Below are positions 39,750-52,330 of a stretch of 64,000 nucleotides of DNA, piece by piece. The stretch spans positions 62,001-126,000 of the forward strand of contig NW_005434629.1 of the NCBI RefSeq assembly GCF_000315625.1, given 5' to 3'. Every line of letters begins with the position of its first letter. Within the stretch, counting starts at the first letter, position 1. The notes beneath the pieces were generated by a model that ran no database searches, was not told the origin of the DNA, and saw nothing but the letters and a program-made list of their open reading frames with translations. The position numbers were made by a program, and so were the translations under genes. This stretch comes from Guillardia theta CCMP2712 (lineage: Eukaryota; Protista; Cryptophyta).

Positions 39750-41260
39750 TCACCGTGACGGCCGTGTACTACGGTAGTCACTTCACTAGCCAGTGACCCG
39801 GCGGAATGATTTTCCCATTCACCACCTCGAGTCAGTTTGAAAACCGTATGATAGGACGAAAACTTGACCCGGCAACGCGGCGGTGCCAGTGACGGGCCTG
39901 GTGCCAGCCGGCAACTTTAGTTCAGAGTCTCAGGGGGCCGGGCCCCCGAAGGCCCGGGCCCCGGGCGCCGGGCGGGCACTGTATGATCCAACAGCCAGTG
40001 TGACCGTCGTCCCGACTCAATGGCAAAACTTGCCACCGTATACGGTCGGTGGCACCCGTCAGCGGCAACCGTATGGCGCATCCGAGTCCGACTCAGTCCC
40101 GTCTCGGCGATGCGGGCCGGGCCCGGCTCACTGAATGGCACCGTGCCACGCCGGTGGCCCCGCCGGGCCCCGGGGGCGAGTCCGGTCACGGCCGGGCGGC
40201 TCCTCAGCCTCACCGAGTCAACCGTTGCCACCGTGACCGGCGTCCCTCGGGCCTGCAGTCCCGGCGAGTCCGTCACTGTCGGAGTGCCGCCCGCCGCGCC
40301 GGCGGCCCGCCGCCGGGCGGCCCGGCCGGCGTGCCCAGGCTGACGGGAGTCAGTGAGGCTCAGCCTGACGGTGAGGTGTGATCCGGGGCGTCACGCCCTC
40401 GGAGTCGACGGACTCGGCCGGGAGGCGAGCGGCCTTCGCCGGCGGGGGCGGTACCGTCACGGCCGTTGACTGCATATTGGATTTTTACTAAAGCCTGTGA
40501 CATAGGCTTTGAGTCCGTTCAGTAAAGGCTCACGGTGATAAAAAGATAAAACTTGAATGGTCGCCGCGCGTCACTGTGACGGCCGCGTCCGACCGTCCGA
40601 CGTCACGGGTCGAGTCCGGGCCAGCGATCAGAGTCGGTCAGGCTGCCCGGCAGGAACCTCCGACTCGCCTCGGAGGCTCCCGGCTACCAGCCCGGGCTAC
40701 TCAGTAGGCTACTCACTGATGAGTGGCAGGCCCTCGGCCGAGCCCGCCGGGGCCCGCCGGGCCGGGCCTGATTGCCGTACCCGTGCCGTACCCGGACGGC
40801 ACCCGGTGACCGTACTACGCCGCCGGGGCGGTTCCACGGTCACTGGCCAACTCAACTTGAAGTTCAATAAAGCTTCTCGCCGAAGTTCAACGGTTTGTTT
40901 ACTTCTACCTTCAAGTTTTACTCAAAGTTGAGTTCAATCAAAAAGCCGAGCTCCGACGGCGACTCAGGACTACCCCGGCGAATCCCAGACATCCGCTTCG
41001 AGCAGGGTGGGGTGGTAGAAGTAAACAGTCGAACGGTCCGAGTCAGCGCGGCCAGGGCTTGCCCAAAGTTACCACTGCGATCAGTGTGGGGTGGGTCCTA
41101 CGGAGGATGCGGAGGGGGGTCCCTGTCACTTCCCGGCGGGCACCGACGGTCCCCCCACGGTGGCCAAAATCAGTACCGCTCCGTCCGAGCCGCATCACCC
41201 GTCCGTCACAGCAGCTGACTACCTACCACTGAATCTGAGAACGGTGAACGGTACTACCCA
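39750..41260. repeat. Large GC-rich word-biased intergenic island
   Basis: Recurrent CCGG, GGCC, GTCAC/GTGAC, GAGTC/GACTC and ACGGT words; no credible protein. Confidence 0.7.
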
Positions 41261-42391
41261 CCCCCCTTGGGACTTCCGAAGGTCTGAGTCGTTGGACATG
41301 TCGGAACTTGACCCGGAGGTGAAGTGGTCATATGGAAGTCCTATCAGACTACGAATTTGGGGCAGTAGCATCATAGGAGCAACTCAGTGAGACCAAGAAA
41401 AGTACCTTATGGGGTGCTAGGAACAGGTCCTATGAAAAATATGTCCTAACACCACAACAGACTCAGACCCCCGTTTGAAAGGCACGACTCGGCTGCAGTA
41501 TGACGGGTCATCACGGGTCCTAGGGGGTGTGTGTGTGCGTCCTACGTAGTACGGTGGGTGTCCCTGTTTTGTAAACTTGATACCAAGCAGACCCCTAGAA
41601 TGATGTGGTTCATGAATATCTGGGGTCCATTCTGTGGCTGTCATACCGGTGATTTTACACACAAGAACACCGGTGGTCTTGCTGCAAACGAAAATGTAAA
41701 GAAGATATTGTGGCGTAGGGGGTAGGTAGTAACTTGTCGAGCACAGGAAAAAGAAAAGATGCTCGAACGGGAGCGAAAGAGTAGGGTAGGGTAGTTTCGG
41801 TAACTTAGTGGTACCTTCAGGAGGGGTGGTACCGCACCCGAAAGGCAACTTCGATGGGGGTCAATCAAGGTCAAAGTTGATTTCTGTTCGCAGGGAGGTG
41901 GGGTACGAGAGTGAGGAGTCGAAGTGCTGACCAAGGGTGGGTACCATAAGGAAAGGAGGGTAGGGTGTCACACGGAATATAAAGGACGGGCCTCAATTGG
42001 TATAATGGGTGGGGTACAAAGTATAGCGGTAGGTGGGGTACAAGCAGCACTGGACATGTGGTGGGGTACTACCAATGACCTCACTGAGATGGGTGGGGTG
42101 GGTCGGCAGGGTTGGATCCAGATATCAACTTGCATTCCGCGTTGTCCTGTGCGGTGACGTCGGATCCCTCTGCTGCCCTCTGCTACCCTCTGCTACCCTC
42201 TGCTGCCCTCTGCTACCCTCTGCGCTTGCTCCTCCTCGGCTCTGTTCCTCCAGACGTCCTTCCTCCTTCCTCCCTCCTATCTTGTTTCAACACTCGATTC
42301 TTCTCCAGTCACACTGCATCAAGCTCGCTGTGATCTTCAAGTTTGAGACACCACGAATTGAGGTCAGAGAATTACCTGAACCACAAATCCA

Positions 42392-43204
42392 ATGGAAAGC
42401 TTGCTCTTGAATCAACAGATCAGTCTAGGGGAAAATGGGCTATTTGCAGGAAATCGCCTGCCTCTGCTGCAGGCATTTGAACCCCTTCAACCGAAACTCG
42501 CTCCTCTCCGTCAGCCCAGCTTCCTCTTGGATTCTGCTGCCCCCTCCATCCCTCCTCCCTCCCAGGTGATACAACTTGGCCTGACCCTCGAGGACCTTAT
42601 GTACATGGCCCTCAACCCTCTTCCCGACCGTCAGCTCTCCATCCCCCAGCCGCTGCCGTGCTCGCCACCCAGCCCCCTCATGGCCGTAGCGAAGCCCGAG
42701 GCCGTGAGGCCGCAGGCGTCCGAGGAGTGTGCGGACATGGTGGAGGAAGCCGACGAGGAGGAGGAGGAGGGCGACGGGGAGACGCTGGACAAGCGGGCAA
42801 GGCACAGCATCGCATGCAAGTCAAAGTCTAAGCTAACGCTAGCGGAGAAGCTGGAGATGATCCGTCTAAGAGACGAGTTACAAGTGTCGCAGGCTTACCT
42901 GGCGTATCGTTTCGGCAAGAGCCGGTCTGCCGTGTCCAAGATTCTGAGGGTGGAGAATATTGCGAAGCTCAAGGCGCTAGCAGGGGCAGGCGTACACCGC
43001 AGCATAAGGCGATGCTCGTCCAACCATGACTCGGTGCTGGAGCAGCGGGTGCACGAGTTTGTGGAGAACAATTTGCACATCGAGAAGCGTCGCGTAATGA
43101 TCCGAGATTATGCTCAAACGGTAGCGACTCAGATGGGGCTATCGAACTTCAAGGCGACGCGGAGCTGGATCGGGCGCTTCATGAAGCGTCATGGATTCAA
43201 GTGA
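42392..43204 (+). CDS. CENP-B/pogo-Tigger-type tandem HTH DNA-binding protein lacking a DDE domain
   Basis: KLTLAEKLEMIR...SQAYLAYRFGKSRSAVSKILR (psq/CENP-B N HTH) and LEQRVHEFV...MIRDYAQTVA...FKATRSWIGRFMKRHG (Tc5 HTH), followed immediately by a stop. Confidence 0.85.
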   Translation: MESLLLNQQISLGENGLFAGNRLPLLQAFEPLQPKLAPLRQPSFLLDSAAPSIPPPSQVIQLGLTLEDLMYMALNPLPDRQLSIPQPLPCSPPSPLMAVAKPEAVRPQASEECADMVEEADEEEEEGDGETLDKRARHSIACKSKSKLTLAEKLEMIRLRDELQVSQAYLAYRFGKSRSAVSKILRVENIAKLKALAGAGVHRSIRRCSSNHDSVLEQRVHEFVENNLHIEKRRVMIRDYAQTVATQMGLSNFKATRSWIGRFMKRHGFK

Positions 43205-44082
43205 AGACAGCTTGTATGCTGCATTCACGACCTTTGTTTCTTGTTGGTTTGATAACGCGCTGAGAATGATTTGAATGAGTAGAAGTTTTTTTGATTGAAC
43301 ATGATTGTAATTTTAGTGAGCCTCGACTTCTAATCTTTGAACTGAATTGCTTCCTTTCTTCGATTGCCTTGCGACGCTTACAATTTGGAAGACACTTCAA
43401 TTTATCAGCAGACAATCCTTAGCAGTTCTCAAATTCCTCCTAGGTTTGGTGTGAATTTCCGAACACGTCCCTTTCCTGTCATCCCCGGAGGCTTCATTTG
43501 TTGCCTTGCCATTCGACAGATCCGAGACCGGAGGAGCTGCAGGTGTTGCAGACCTCTCGATGAAAGTGGCTCAACTTTCGAGGTGAAGACTGCATCAGTC
43601 GAAGACAACACTACGAACATTGAAGTCGTACTTATCTCGAATCGATTGTTCAGACGCTCTCATGTGTTGTGAATCTCGTTAACATTTTATGAGTTCCCTT
43701 TAGCTTCTTTCACAAAATTCACAGTCTACATCTCAGCACTAACTGCGCGGCAGAGAAGATGATGCCTTGATCTCGCCAGTGAGTTCCGCCCACCGCTTGC
43801 ACAGCGACACAGAGAGTCGACAGCCCACAAGACAACCAAAGTTCGTAAGGTCTTGCAGGACGTCGGCGCTCTCGCATACTTTTTTCTCTCGTCTGCCACT
43901 CAAAACTTCCAAGACAAGAGAACGCGCCTCATCGATGCAAGCTGATTCGATTTCACAATCGAAGCTCACAGGATGAAGGAAGAAAAATGCCACAGGTACA
44001 AACATTGCTCATGAAACATTTGCACGAACATGCCACTCCAACTCGTACGGCCCCAAGTTGTGGCGGTAAAATTGAACACATT

Positions 44083-44989
44083 CTACTGTTTTGATGCCTG
44101 CTCGAAGTCTTCAACAAGCTCGGGAACCTGCTACCTGTCAGAATCTCCGACAAATCCCTTCCAAACATTTACATCGTCGTCGTCCTTCGCGTCTCCGCTG
44201 CCTCCTGCGGCCTGTCCCGGGCCAGTGAACTGCTCAGCAATCTTCTTCAAGTTCTCCAGGTTGTCAGGTCCAAGCTGGTTGATGATGCCGGGAAGAAGAT
44301 CCTGGAGCTTCTTGTTCTCGGCAGTGCCGCTGATGACGTAAGTGTTGGCACCGATGGAAGCTTGGACTTGCTGCCGACCCATGGTGAGTGCTACAAATTA
44401 AACTAGGAGGAACAGGAGCCAGGAGGAAGAGGAGGAGAGATTTTGGCTATCATAGGTTAGAAACCTCTCAGCATATCAAGGCCTCCCGTAGTGTTAGCCA
44501 GGAGTGTTGGGGAACATAAGGAAGGTTCAGGATGCATTTATCTACATTCTGCCTGCTGGAAGTGTCCCCGGGGAAGAGAAACACACGGGGAGGAGGGGGA
44601 GAGGATCTTACCTTGGGGTTCTTGAAATGGATGACTGATCCGTTGTCACGGAACAGATTGACCTGTGCGAGGTTGAGCAATCGACCCGTCGTTGCACATT
44701 AGTGCTTCACCTCCTCGATCCCTGGGATGTTGTTCACGCCGAGTCGTTTCAAGGTGTTTTGAAGGCGCTTGTCGTCTGCCAGCAAACGAATGAGACTTTC
44801 TGGTGCTCGCAATGAGTTTGCAACGAGCCTACCTGTGGTGGCTGACTTGTGGACTGCCTTTTTCTTTCTACGAACTGAGCCCTTGCCACCGGTTCGGACC
44901 TTGACGCCAGTGTCAATCTCTGTTCAATCCAAGAGTGATTCACTTACAGAGGCTTTGAGCTTCTCTAACTTGTCTTGATCCACTGGCAT
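44083..44989 (-). CDS. BTF3: Nascent polypeptide-associated complex beta subunit / BTF3
   Basis: Spliced [14 protein letters not shown]|[18 protein letters not shown]...[22 protein letters not shown]|[17 protein letters not shown]|[14 protein letters not shown]...[14 protein letters not shown]...[14 protein letters not shown]. Confidence 0.95.
44438..44572 (-). ncRNA. Candidate intronic box H/ACA snoRNA
   Basis: Two hairpins inside the long BTF3 intron. The 3' hairpin pocket CUACG / AACCU is complementary to the conserved 18S rRNA AGGUU-UC-CGUAG, with an ANA triplet ~15 nt from the pocket. No canonical H box found. Confidence 0.45.
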
Positions 44990-45842
44990 ATCTCTGTCTT
45001 CACCAATCGTCAGAAGATCGCAAGTGCTTCACATTTCGATTGACAAATCACAACACCAAGCTTTCGGCTCTTGCCGAAAAGCAGTGCACCAAAACTTCCT
45101 CTCGATTCGCAGTACTCTTAGTATTTCTTTCCCCTTAGCATATGCCATGCATGCTGTGAAGCGAAAGTTTGGTATCTCTCCTCTCACCGGGCTGAGGCTG
45201 TTTCGACTCTTCCCGCTTCAAATGCTGATTTTCTTTCCTAGCCCAAATATAACAAGCCGCCTTTCTATGCTTCCTGCATTCACTCCTTCTGCTCTCCCTC
45301 CCTCCTCCTTCCTCCCTCTTGTCTGCTCCACGTCTTCTGCTCTCCTTCCCCATAATCGCAGGCGGCGCGTGCAGCTTGATTGAGTAAAAAAAAGGCGGGA
45401 GATCGGGGGTGGTCAGTTGGGGGTGGGGACTAATGAGCAGGTATGGTAGGTGGTGAAGTTTCCACGGGGTAGGGTCCACAATCCTTTGCAACAAGTTTCG
45501 GTTATCTACCAAACTGTCTGTTTTTATTTTATATCAATCAGTAAAATTAGCAGTAATATGCTCAGTATTTTGGACAATTCCAGTCCTCGATCTGATGTGA
45601 AGGATCATGGGGGGTGATATCAAATGGGAGTGTGGATCAGGGGGGTGGTATGCGATGGGGGTGGTCATGTTGCACGACAAAAATCTTCGTTCGATCAAAC
45701 GTTGAAACTTCAGAACTTTGGAAGTTTGATGATACAGAACTTTTACTCCAAGTTTCAAACTGCATCTGCACAAACTTTGGGGGGCCAGAGCGGGGATGTG
45801 ATGCCCTGGCTATTTCCGGGAGGATTTTAGTGCACCGCCGAA

Positions 45843-46414
45843 ATGTTCGAGCTGTTGAAGCAAGAGATGCTTATGGACGACCGCATGGCGGGTATGAGCA
45901 ACGTGAGCGAAGGCTTCTGGATGGGCAAGAACAAGATCAGAACCCCGGGCAGGTGAGATCCTCTCCTTTTCACATCTCTTGCCCTGTTGCGTTGTCGGGG
46001 GATGGCGGGAGCTGAAAAAGTGTTTGCAGGTCCGGAGGTTGCAAGTATTACTGTGACAGGCAAAACTTGTCGAACGTGAGTGTCTTGTGTTTTGCTCCTC
46101 CCTCTTTGTTTCGAAGATCTGCCAGTTCTCATGGGTGTTCTTGATGTCCTTGTTGTGATCATTTGCCATCCCTGATGGAGGGATAGAGTGATGTTCGGGC
46201 GTCGTTGCGAAACCCTCTCCTCTGCTCTGTTCGATGCATCATCTCCTGACTTGCTGCGACTGACTTGCTGATCTCCAGGGGTTCATGTCGACTGAGGGCT
46301 CCTTCAGCCGTGCCGGGCACCCCCACTGGTGATGTTTGCGAACTGTTGCTCCATGGAGGCTGACAGCAACTGTGCAGGGACGGGCGCGGATCGCACTACG
46401 ACATCATGCACTAG
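45843..46414 (+). CDS. Small 4-exon hypothetical protein (~80 aa)
   Basis: Clean GT-AG splicing gives MFELLKQEMLMDDRMAGMSNVSEGFWMGKNKIRTPGR|SGGCKYYCDRQNLSN|GFMSTEGSFSRAGHPHW|DGRGSHYDIMH*. Confidence 0.5.
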
Positions 46415-49149
46415 GATGTTTCAGCTACAGATATCTGTCATGTCTAGTAAGAGTGTAACTTTTGGTGTCCGCCCTTGCACGGGTGGCAAGTTTTCTTTAC
46501 CCTTCCACAAAGAAATAGAAATTCAGTGTAACTCAGTCATCTGTGTCCTCCTCCTCCTCCTCCTCCTCCTCCTTTTCCTTCTTCTTCATCTCCTTCTTCC
46601 TACTTTCACTCTCTTCTGCGAGACGAGGCTTAGTCTAATGCAAGCAAGGAGCAACTTGGAAACCTGAGGAGTCGCTGGGCTCCGGTACCCGTTTGCCGGC
46701 TGATTTCACGCGGGTCAGAGAACGCACGAGCAAGGCGCTCACTCACCCTCCATGGAGTCTTCAGCTTGCATCATCGTCTTTCCCATGAACTCTTGCGACG
46801 AGTGTCCGGAGTCCGAGTGAGAGGAGAACTTGTTCTCCTCCATGATCCTCCTCATCTCCGAGGACTCGAAGGACGAAGAGTTGCCTCCTCCTCACTCCTG
46901 TCAACCTTTCCCCCTCCCGTTCGCATGCTAACACACCTCGGATCTCGGCGCTGTCGATCATGTCCAGATTCAGCTGGCTGTCAGGTTCAACCTCTTCCAC
47001 GTTCAGCATGTCCTTGAGATTGTTCGCCATTCCTTCGCTGCTCCTGCACTGTCACATCGAGCGAGAAAGCCCTCAAGGTTCACCCTGAGCTCCTTCCTCC
47101 TCCGTCTCTGCCATCTGATGTCTTCTCCCTCTTCTTCTTTGCCCTTGCTCGAGTCAGTTGGTTGCGAGTGAGATGAGTGAAATACTTGTTAGACAGTTCC
47201 TCCTGCTCCTCGTCCTCCTCGTCGTCCTCGTCCTCGTCCTCCTCCTCCTGTCCTGATCGAGAGGTCAGTGGAGGAGAAGCAAGACGAGGAGGAGGAACGG
47301 GAAGTTCACACCTGAGCGGCTTGTATCTCCTTCGTCATCCTCGTCCTGCTCTTCGCTGCTATCGCTCTCGTCTGCTTCGACCCGCCTCCCCTTAGCTCCC
47401 CTCCCACTGCATGCAGCATGTCAGCGATGCGGCCACTAGACCGCGTTTGATCGCTGCTCTCCCTACATGGATCGGTTGGGAGCCCGGGGCCCCGATCCCT
47501 TTCTGAGTGCATTCCTCGCATGCTCCTTCATCTTGCTCGTCTCCGCCTTCTGATTGCAAGCATCGACCAGTCAGAGTGTCCCTCGCATAGGGAGAAAAGA
47601 GACGAACACACAGCACTCACCCCCTGTCTCTTCGATCGGTCTTCGCGCAGCTTTGCTTTCTGCTTCCCTCCTCCCTCTCCTCCTCCTGCACCTCCAGTGC
47701 TTCAGTGCGCTCAAAAGCTGCATCCTTATCTCACCTCGCAGACTGACGAGCATGGGAGGATTAAGTTGGACTTGCTCCGTCCTCTCGATCCAGTTGACTT
47801 TCCTCTCAGCAGCACAAAGATCAACTTCTGCTCGCACAGCACAATAAGTTCAACGCTCCTACCATGCTCTCTTCCTCTCCCACCTGTACCGAGGCCGTTC
47901 GCCTTCCCTCCCATGAAGAAGGAAGATTCGAGGAGGAGCAGGGCGAGGAGGGAGGTTGTCGGCATCCTCCGAAACCACTGGATCCTAAGTAAACCCAAGA
48001 AGATCAACGTGCGAGGAAGGGATGCGAAGGGGACGAGCAGCGTGTGCGCTACTTGAGCGATTGAGCACGGATCTCCACAACTCCTAATGTTGTGCAGTCA
48101 GCAATCAGGACGAGAAAGAATAAGACACGTGTCAAGAAATCCTAGCTTCCTCTCCTCATTTTTGACAGTATCATCTTTCCCCATCCCCTCTGCCGTTCCC
48201 TCCTGCCCTGGCCCCCTCCCTCCCTCCCCCCCTCTTCCCTCTCTCCCTCCCTCCAGTCTCACTATACCCTCGCTCTCCCTTGTCCTTCCTTCCCTCGCTC
48301 TCCCTCCCTCCCCCGCTCATCATAGCAGCATGGGAAGCCCTGGTATCCATCAGGTGTTGGTGCTGGCATGGGCGGTGCTAGGTGGAGAAGCGAGTGGAGG
48401 TATGGAGGATGGCGATGGAGCCCGAGGGACGGAAAAGGGGCAAAGGTGGGGGGAGGGAGGGGCGAGGGGGAGGAGGAGGGGAGGGGAAGAAGGAGGAAGG
48501 AGGAAGAAGTGGGTGCTGTAGGAAGTTGTGATGGTGGGGCCCGCCGGGGTGGGCGGAGCGGGGGGAGGGGGGAGGGAAGAGGGGGGATTGGAGGAGGATG
48601 TAATAGGGTTTTTTAGTGAGGCAGGGGCGTATTGGAGGGAACGGGGGGAAGGGGATGGGGGGAGGGGGGGGGGGGGGAGGGGCGGAGAGAGCAGAGACAG
48701 AGCCGAGGAGCACGGGAGGAGAAAATATGAGCGAGCAACATCCCGTCTCCTGCTCCTGCTCATCATCATCATCATGTATCTAGAGAAGCAACATCATCAT
48801 GTCATCTTTATCTCCCTCATCGTTTATAGTATCGTTGATACAGCTCTGGGTCATGCTCGAAGCCATGACGCCGCGCGTAAGTGTTGCGAAGACCGTAGTC
48901 CAGCCCTGCCATTGCACAATCACTCTCCTTGTTTACCCCCTCCCCCTTCCTCCTCTTGCATCCTCCTATCCCTCCGTTCTCTTGCCCCCTACTTCGTCCT
49001 TCTTTCATCTCCCCTCCCCTCCTCCTCCTGCCATGAACCCTTGCTCACTCGTCCATCTCCTCCTCACTCATTATGCCCTCCTAGCCTTTCAGACCCGCCT
49101 TCCTCCTCCTCTCTGTGCTTGCCTGACGTGGCTGGAGCAGGAGCCTTGT

Positions 49150-52100
49150 TGAAGGGTTTGTATCCGAACCGCCGGAGCATCATGAAGAGCGCTCGCTCGC
49201 TGACATGACCTCAGACCCTTTACCATGAACGGGCAGATACAACACGAGCCCGAGGAGGAGGAGGAGGAGGAGGTGGTGGTGGTGGAGGAGGAGGTGGTGG
49301 TGGTGGAGGAGGAGGATCAGCAGCACGAGCAGCAAGATCAAGAAACGGGAAGGAGAGGGAAGGGAAGTAGCGAGGGAGAAGGGAGAGAGAGAGGGCGAAG
49401 GGGTGGAGGAAGCTGAGGACCTGAATCTCTCAGGGTCGTCCTCGAACCAAGCCTTGATCTCCGTCCACCACTGCTGCGTATCATGCACTATCCACCTGGA
49501 GAAAGACTGAGCGAGGAAGAGGAGGAGGAGGAGGAGGAGGAGGAGGTACATCTTAATGCCGAGAGGGTTGGTCTTGTCCTCGTGCTCTGGGCCTTCCTGT
49601 CTCAACCGTCAGCCAGTCCTCCTGTCCTGCATGGAGGCGCGGAGGACCGCGAGGGGCTCGAGCGTGACGATGCCTTTCCTCTGCATCCTCTCCAAGAATC
49701 CACGGAAAGCAACGACTTGATTGGCCTGCGAAGGCGTGAGGTTGCGAGCAGGGAGGTCAAGTCAGTAAAGAGATTGTTGGAGGAGGTAGGGAGGGAAGGA
49801 GAAGAGAAAAGGCGTCTATGACGAGATGGTAATCTCCTCGCTACTGCAAGCCTTCAACTACATGACTGAGAGGAAGAGAGCTCCATGGCAACCAGTCTTG
49901 TGTCTTCCTACAAGGAACCATGCACACACGAAAGTCCAGATCTCGGGAGAGGAGCAGGCGGCATAAGGATCGCGTTCAATGTTTGACACGCCTCTCACCT
50001 TGTGCAGGACGTGAGGAGCCTTGCCCTGGCTACTCTCAGCGATGTGTTGCGCCGCCTCTTTCTGCCACTTGTCCCCTTGCTGCATCCACATACAAAATGT
50101 GAGCCAGATGGAAGTGTTTTTGATGAGAGGGGGGGACGGGGAGAAGGGAGAGGAGGAGGAGGAGGAAGACAAGTAGAGGAGGAGGAGGAAAGGAGTTGCT
50201 CAAGGGGGAGATAGCTATGGAGGAATGGAAACGAGAGGACGAGGACGACGAGGAGGAGAAGGAGAGGGAGGAGATGGTGGTGGAGGACAAGGACGAGGAC
50301 GAGGACGAGAAGGAGGAGAGGGTGGTGGTGGTGGTGGAAGTGGTGGTGGAGGACAGGAGGACGACGAAGAGGCTAGAATGAAGTGTGGAGGAGGACCTTC
50401 TCCCTAGCTCTCGCCAACTTCTTGATATAACTTTGCTTCCGCTCAACACTTGGGAATCCGCGTCATGGCTCGTGGGCATGTCACAAGGGCATGAAGTCAC
50501 CTGTCCTTCCCGTCATCGGCCCTTCTCCTCTTCTTCTCAGGCTGTCAAGACAAGTCACAAGCTTCCTCCTCCTCTTGAGAGAGGGGATTATCCTTACTTT
50601 CATGGACATCGAGCTGTTGGGGATAGGGAAGGGCTGGGCTCCCGGAGCCATCACGATACCTCCCTGCTGCTCACCGTTGGCATTTACAGGCATCAGACAC
50701 GGGACGAAGTAAGTGGCTTGTCCAGGAGGAACGCCTACCAGCTCGTGAGAAAAGGGGGGGAGGAGGAAGGAGCGAGGAAAGCTGGGAAGAGCAGAAAAGC
50801 CACAGCCGAGGAGAGGTAATCAGATGATGTGATGTGGAGGAGGAAAAAGATCGTAAGTAGAGAGGAGGAGGGGGTTTCAGGAGAGGAAGAGGAGGGAGGA
50901 GGAACAAGAGCAGATGGGGAGGAGCATGTACCAGGGAACTGAGGAGGGTATGCAGCACCACCCTTGCAAGAAGCGAATCAGCGTCCAAAGGAAACAGGAG
51001 CAAGTATGAAACCTGGGAGATCACAGTGCCGAAGCTTGAGTTCACAACTGAGCCATAGGGGACTGTGCTCATCGGGTACTGATTCCATGGTGCTGGGTAT
51101 GCTGAGGACCAGGGCATCAGATTCTCCTCGCGCTGGTGAGTGGGAAAATTTGAAGGACGAGGGATAATGATCAGCTATTGGGCGATATGATCCTGCAAGG
51201 AAGAGAAAAGGAGAGTTGAGGAGGTGGACTTGGCGATGGTGGACGAGGAGGGGGAAGAGGAGGAGTGGAGGAGACTGCGAGGAGAAAACTTGAGGACATG
51301 AAGGTAAGAGAGATTGTGAGAAAAGGGAGTGGACGGCGAGCATTAGAGTTCGGATGACCTTGTCCAGCGCGGGTACTGGGCTAAATAGCACGTACACATG
51401 TCAGTTGTTGGAGATCAGCTCATTTCATCTAACCGTCTGAGTTTGTCCGCCTGCTGCGTGAGCAGCTGCTGCATATGAGTAAGAAAGTCGAAACAAGTAG
51501 TGATGGGGAGGGGTCGAAAGGGAGGAGGAGGAGGAGGAGGAGGAGGAGGAGGAGGAGGAGGAGGAGGAGGAGGAGGAGGAGGAGGAGGAGGAGGAGGAGG
51601 AGGAAGGAGGAGGAGGAGGAGGAGGAGGAGGAGGAGGTTTGACAACCAGGAGGAGCGTAGTACACGCCTTGGTCCACCCCAGCATTCGCCTTTTCACACA
51701 GTCAATGCACATTTTGAACTTAGACTATTCCAAGGGATGAAAAACATCCGCACAGCATGGTGTTTTAAGCTGAAAACAGTGACGATGCATCTTCCCAGAT
51801 AAGAGACGAGATTTTCGCATCGCAAGACAATCACAACCATGAACGAACAGCAGCGCAAACATTCCGTCTGTGCGGGGACACACTCACATTTTGAGGGGCC
51901 CCATGCGCCCCTTCCTGCATCATCTGCGCAGGGACATTCTGTTGCAGACTTCGGTCAAGTGGTGACATTGGAGGAGTTCAACAACCTGCGAGGGAGGAGG
52001 AGGAACGTTGTTCATCTCCCAGCCGATCACCCTCCAACCTGCGAGTTGACATTTACAACGACAACAAAGTGCAGCCAGATTCATCAGGAGACGAAGAGAA

Positions 52101-52330
52101 CTCAAGGTGATCAGATGTTGTATGTGAGCATGTCATTCAAACATCAAGGGCTGTTGACTGGCATCTGAACCTTCCCGCCTTATAGTGCACTCACTGCCCG
52201 TCATTCGAACAAGTAGCAAATTCCTTGCAACCAACTACAGCTCAGCAACGACGCCTCTTGTTCTGTCATGGCATGCGGCAACAGTGCTGATCGCTCTCAC
52301 AACTTCCTTCATGTTCGTCTAGCCAGCATC
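49150..52330 (-). CDS. Hypothetical multi-exon protein (boundaries approximate)
   Basis: Protein-like exons (WIVHDTQQWWTEIKAWFEDDPERF; ANQVVAFRGFLERMQRKGIV; ERALFMMLRRFGYKPF) between microsatellite-filled introns. Confidence 0.35.
51521..51636 (+). repeat. (GGA)n microsatellite
   Basis: Directly visible. Confidence 0.9.

Noticed and set aside
46650-48340. Possible minus-strand acidic multi-exon gene
   Set aside because: Exon-like pieces exist but I could not build a consistent model.
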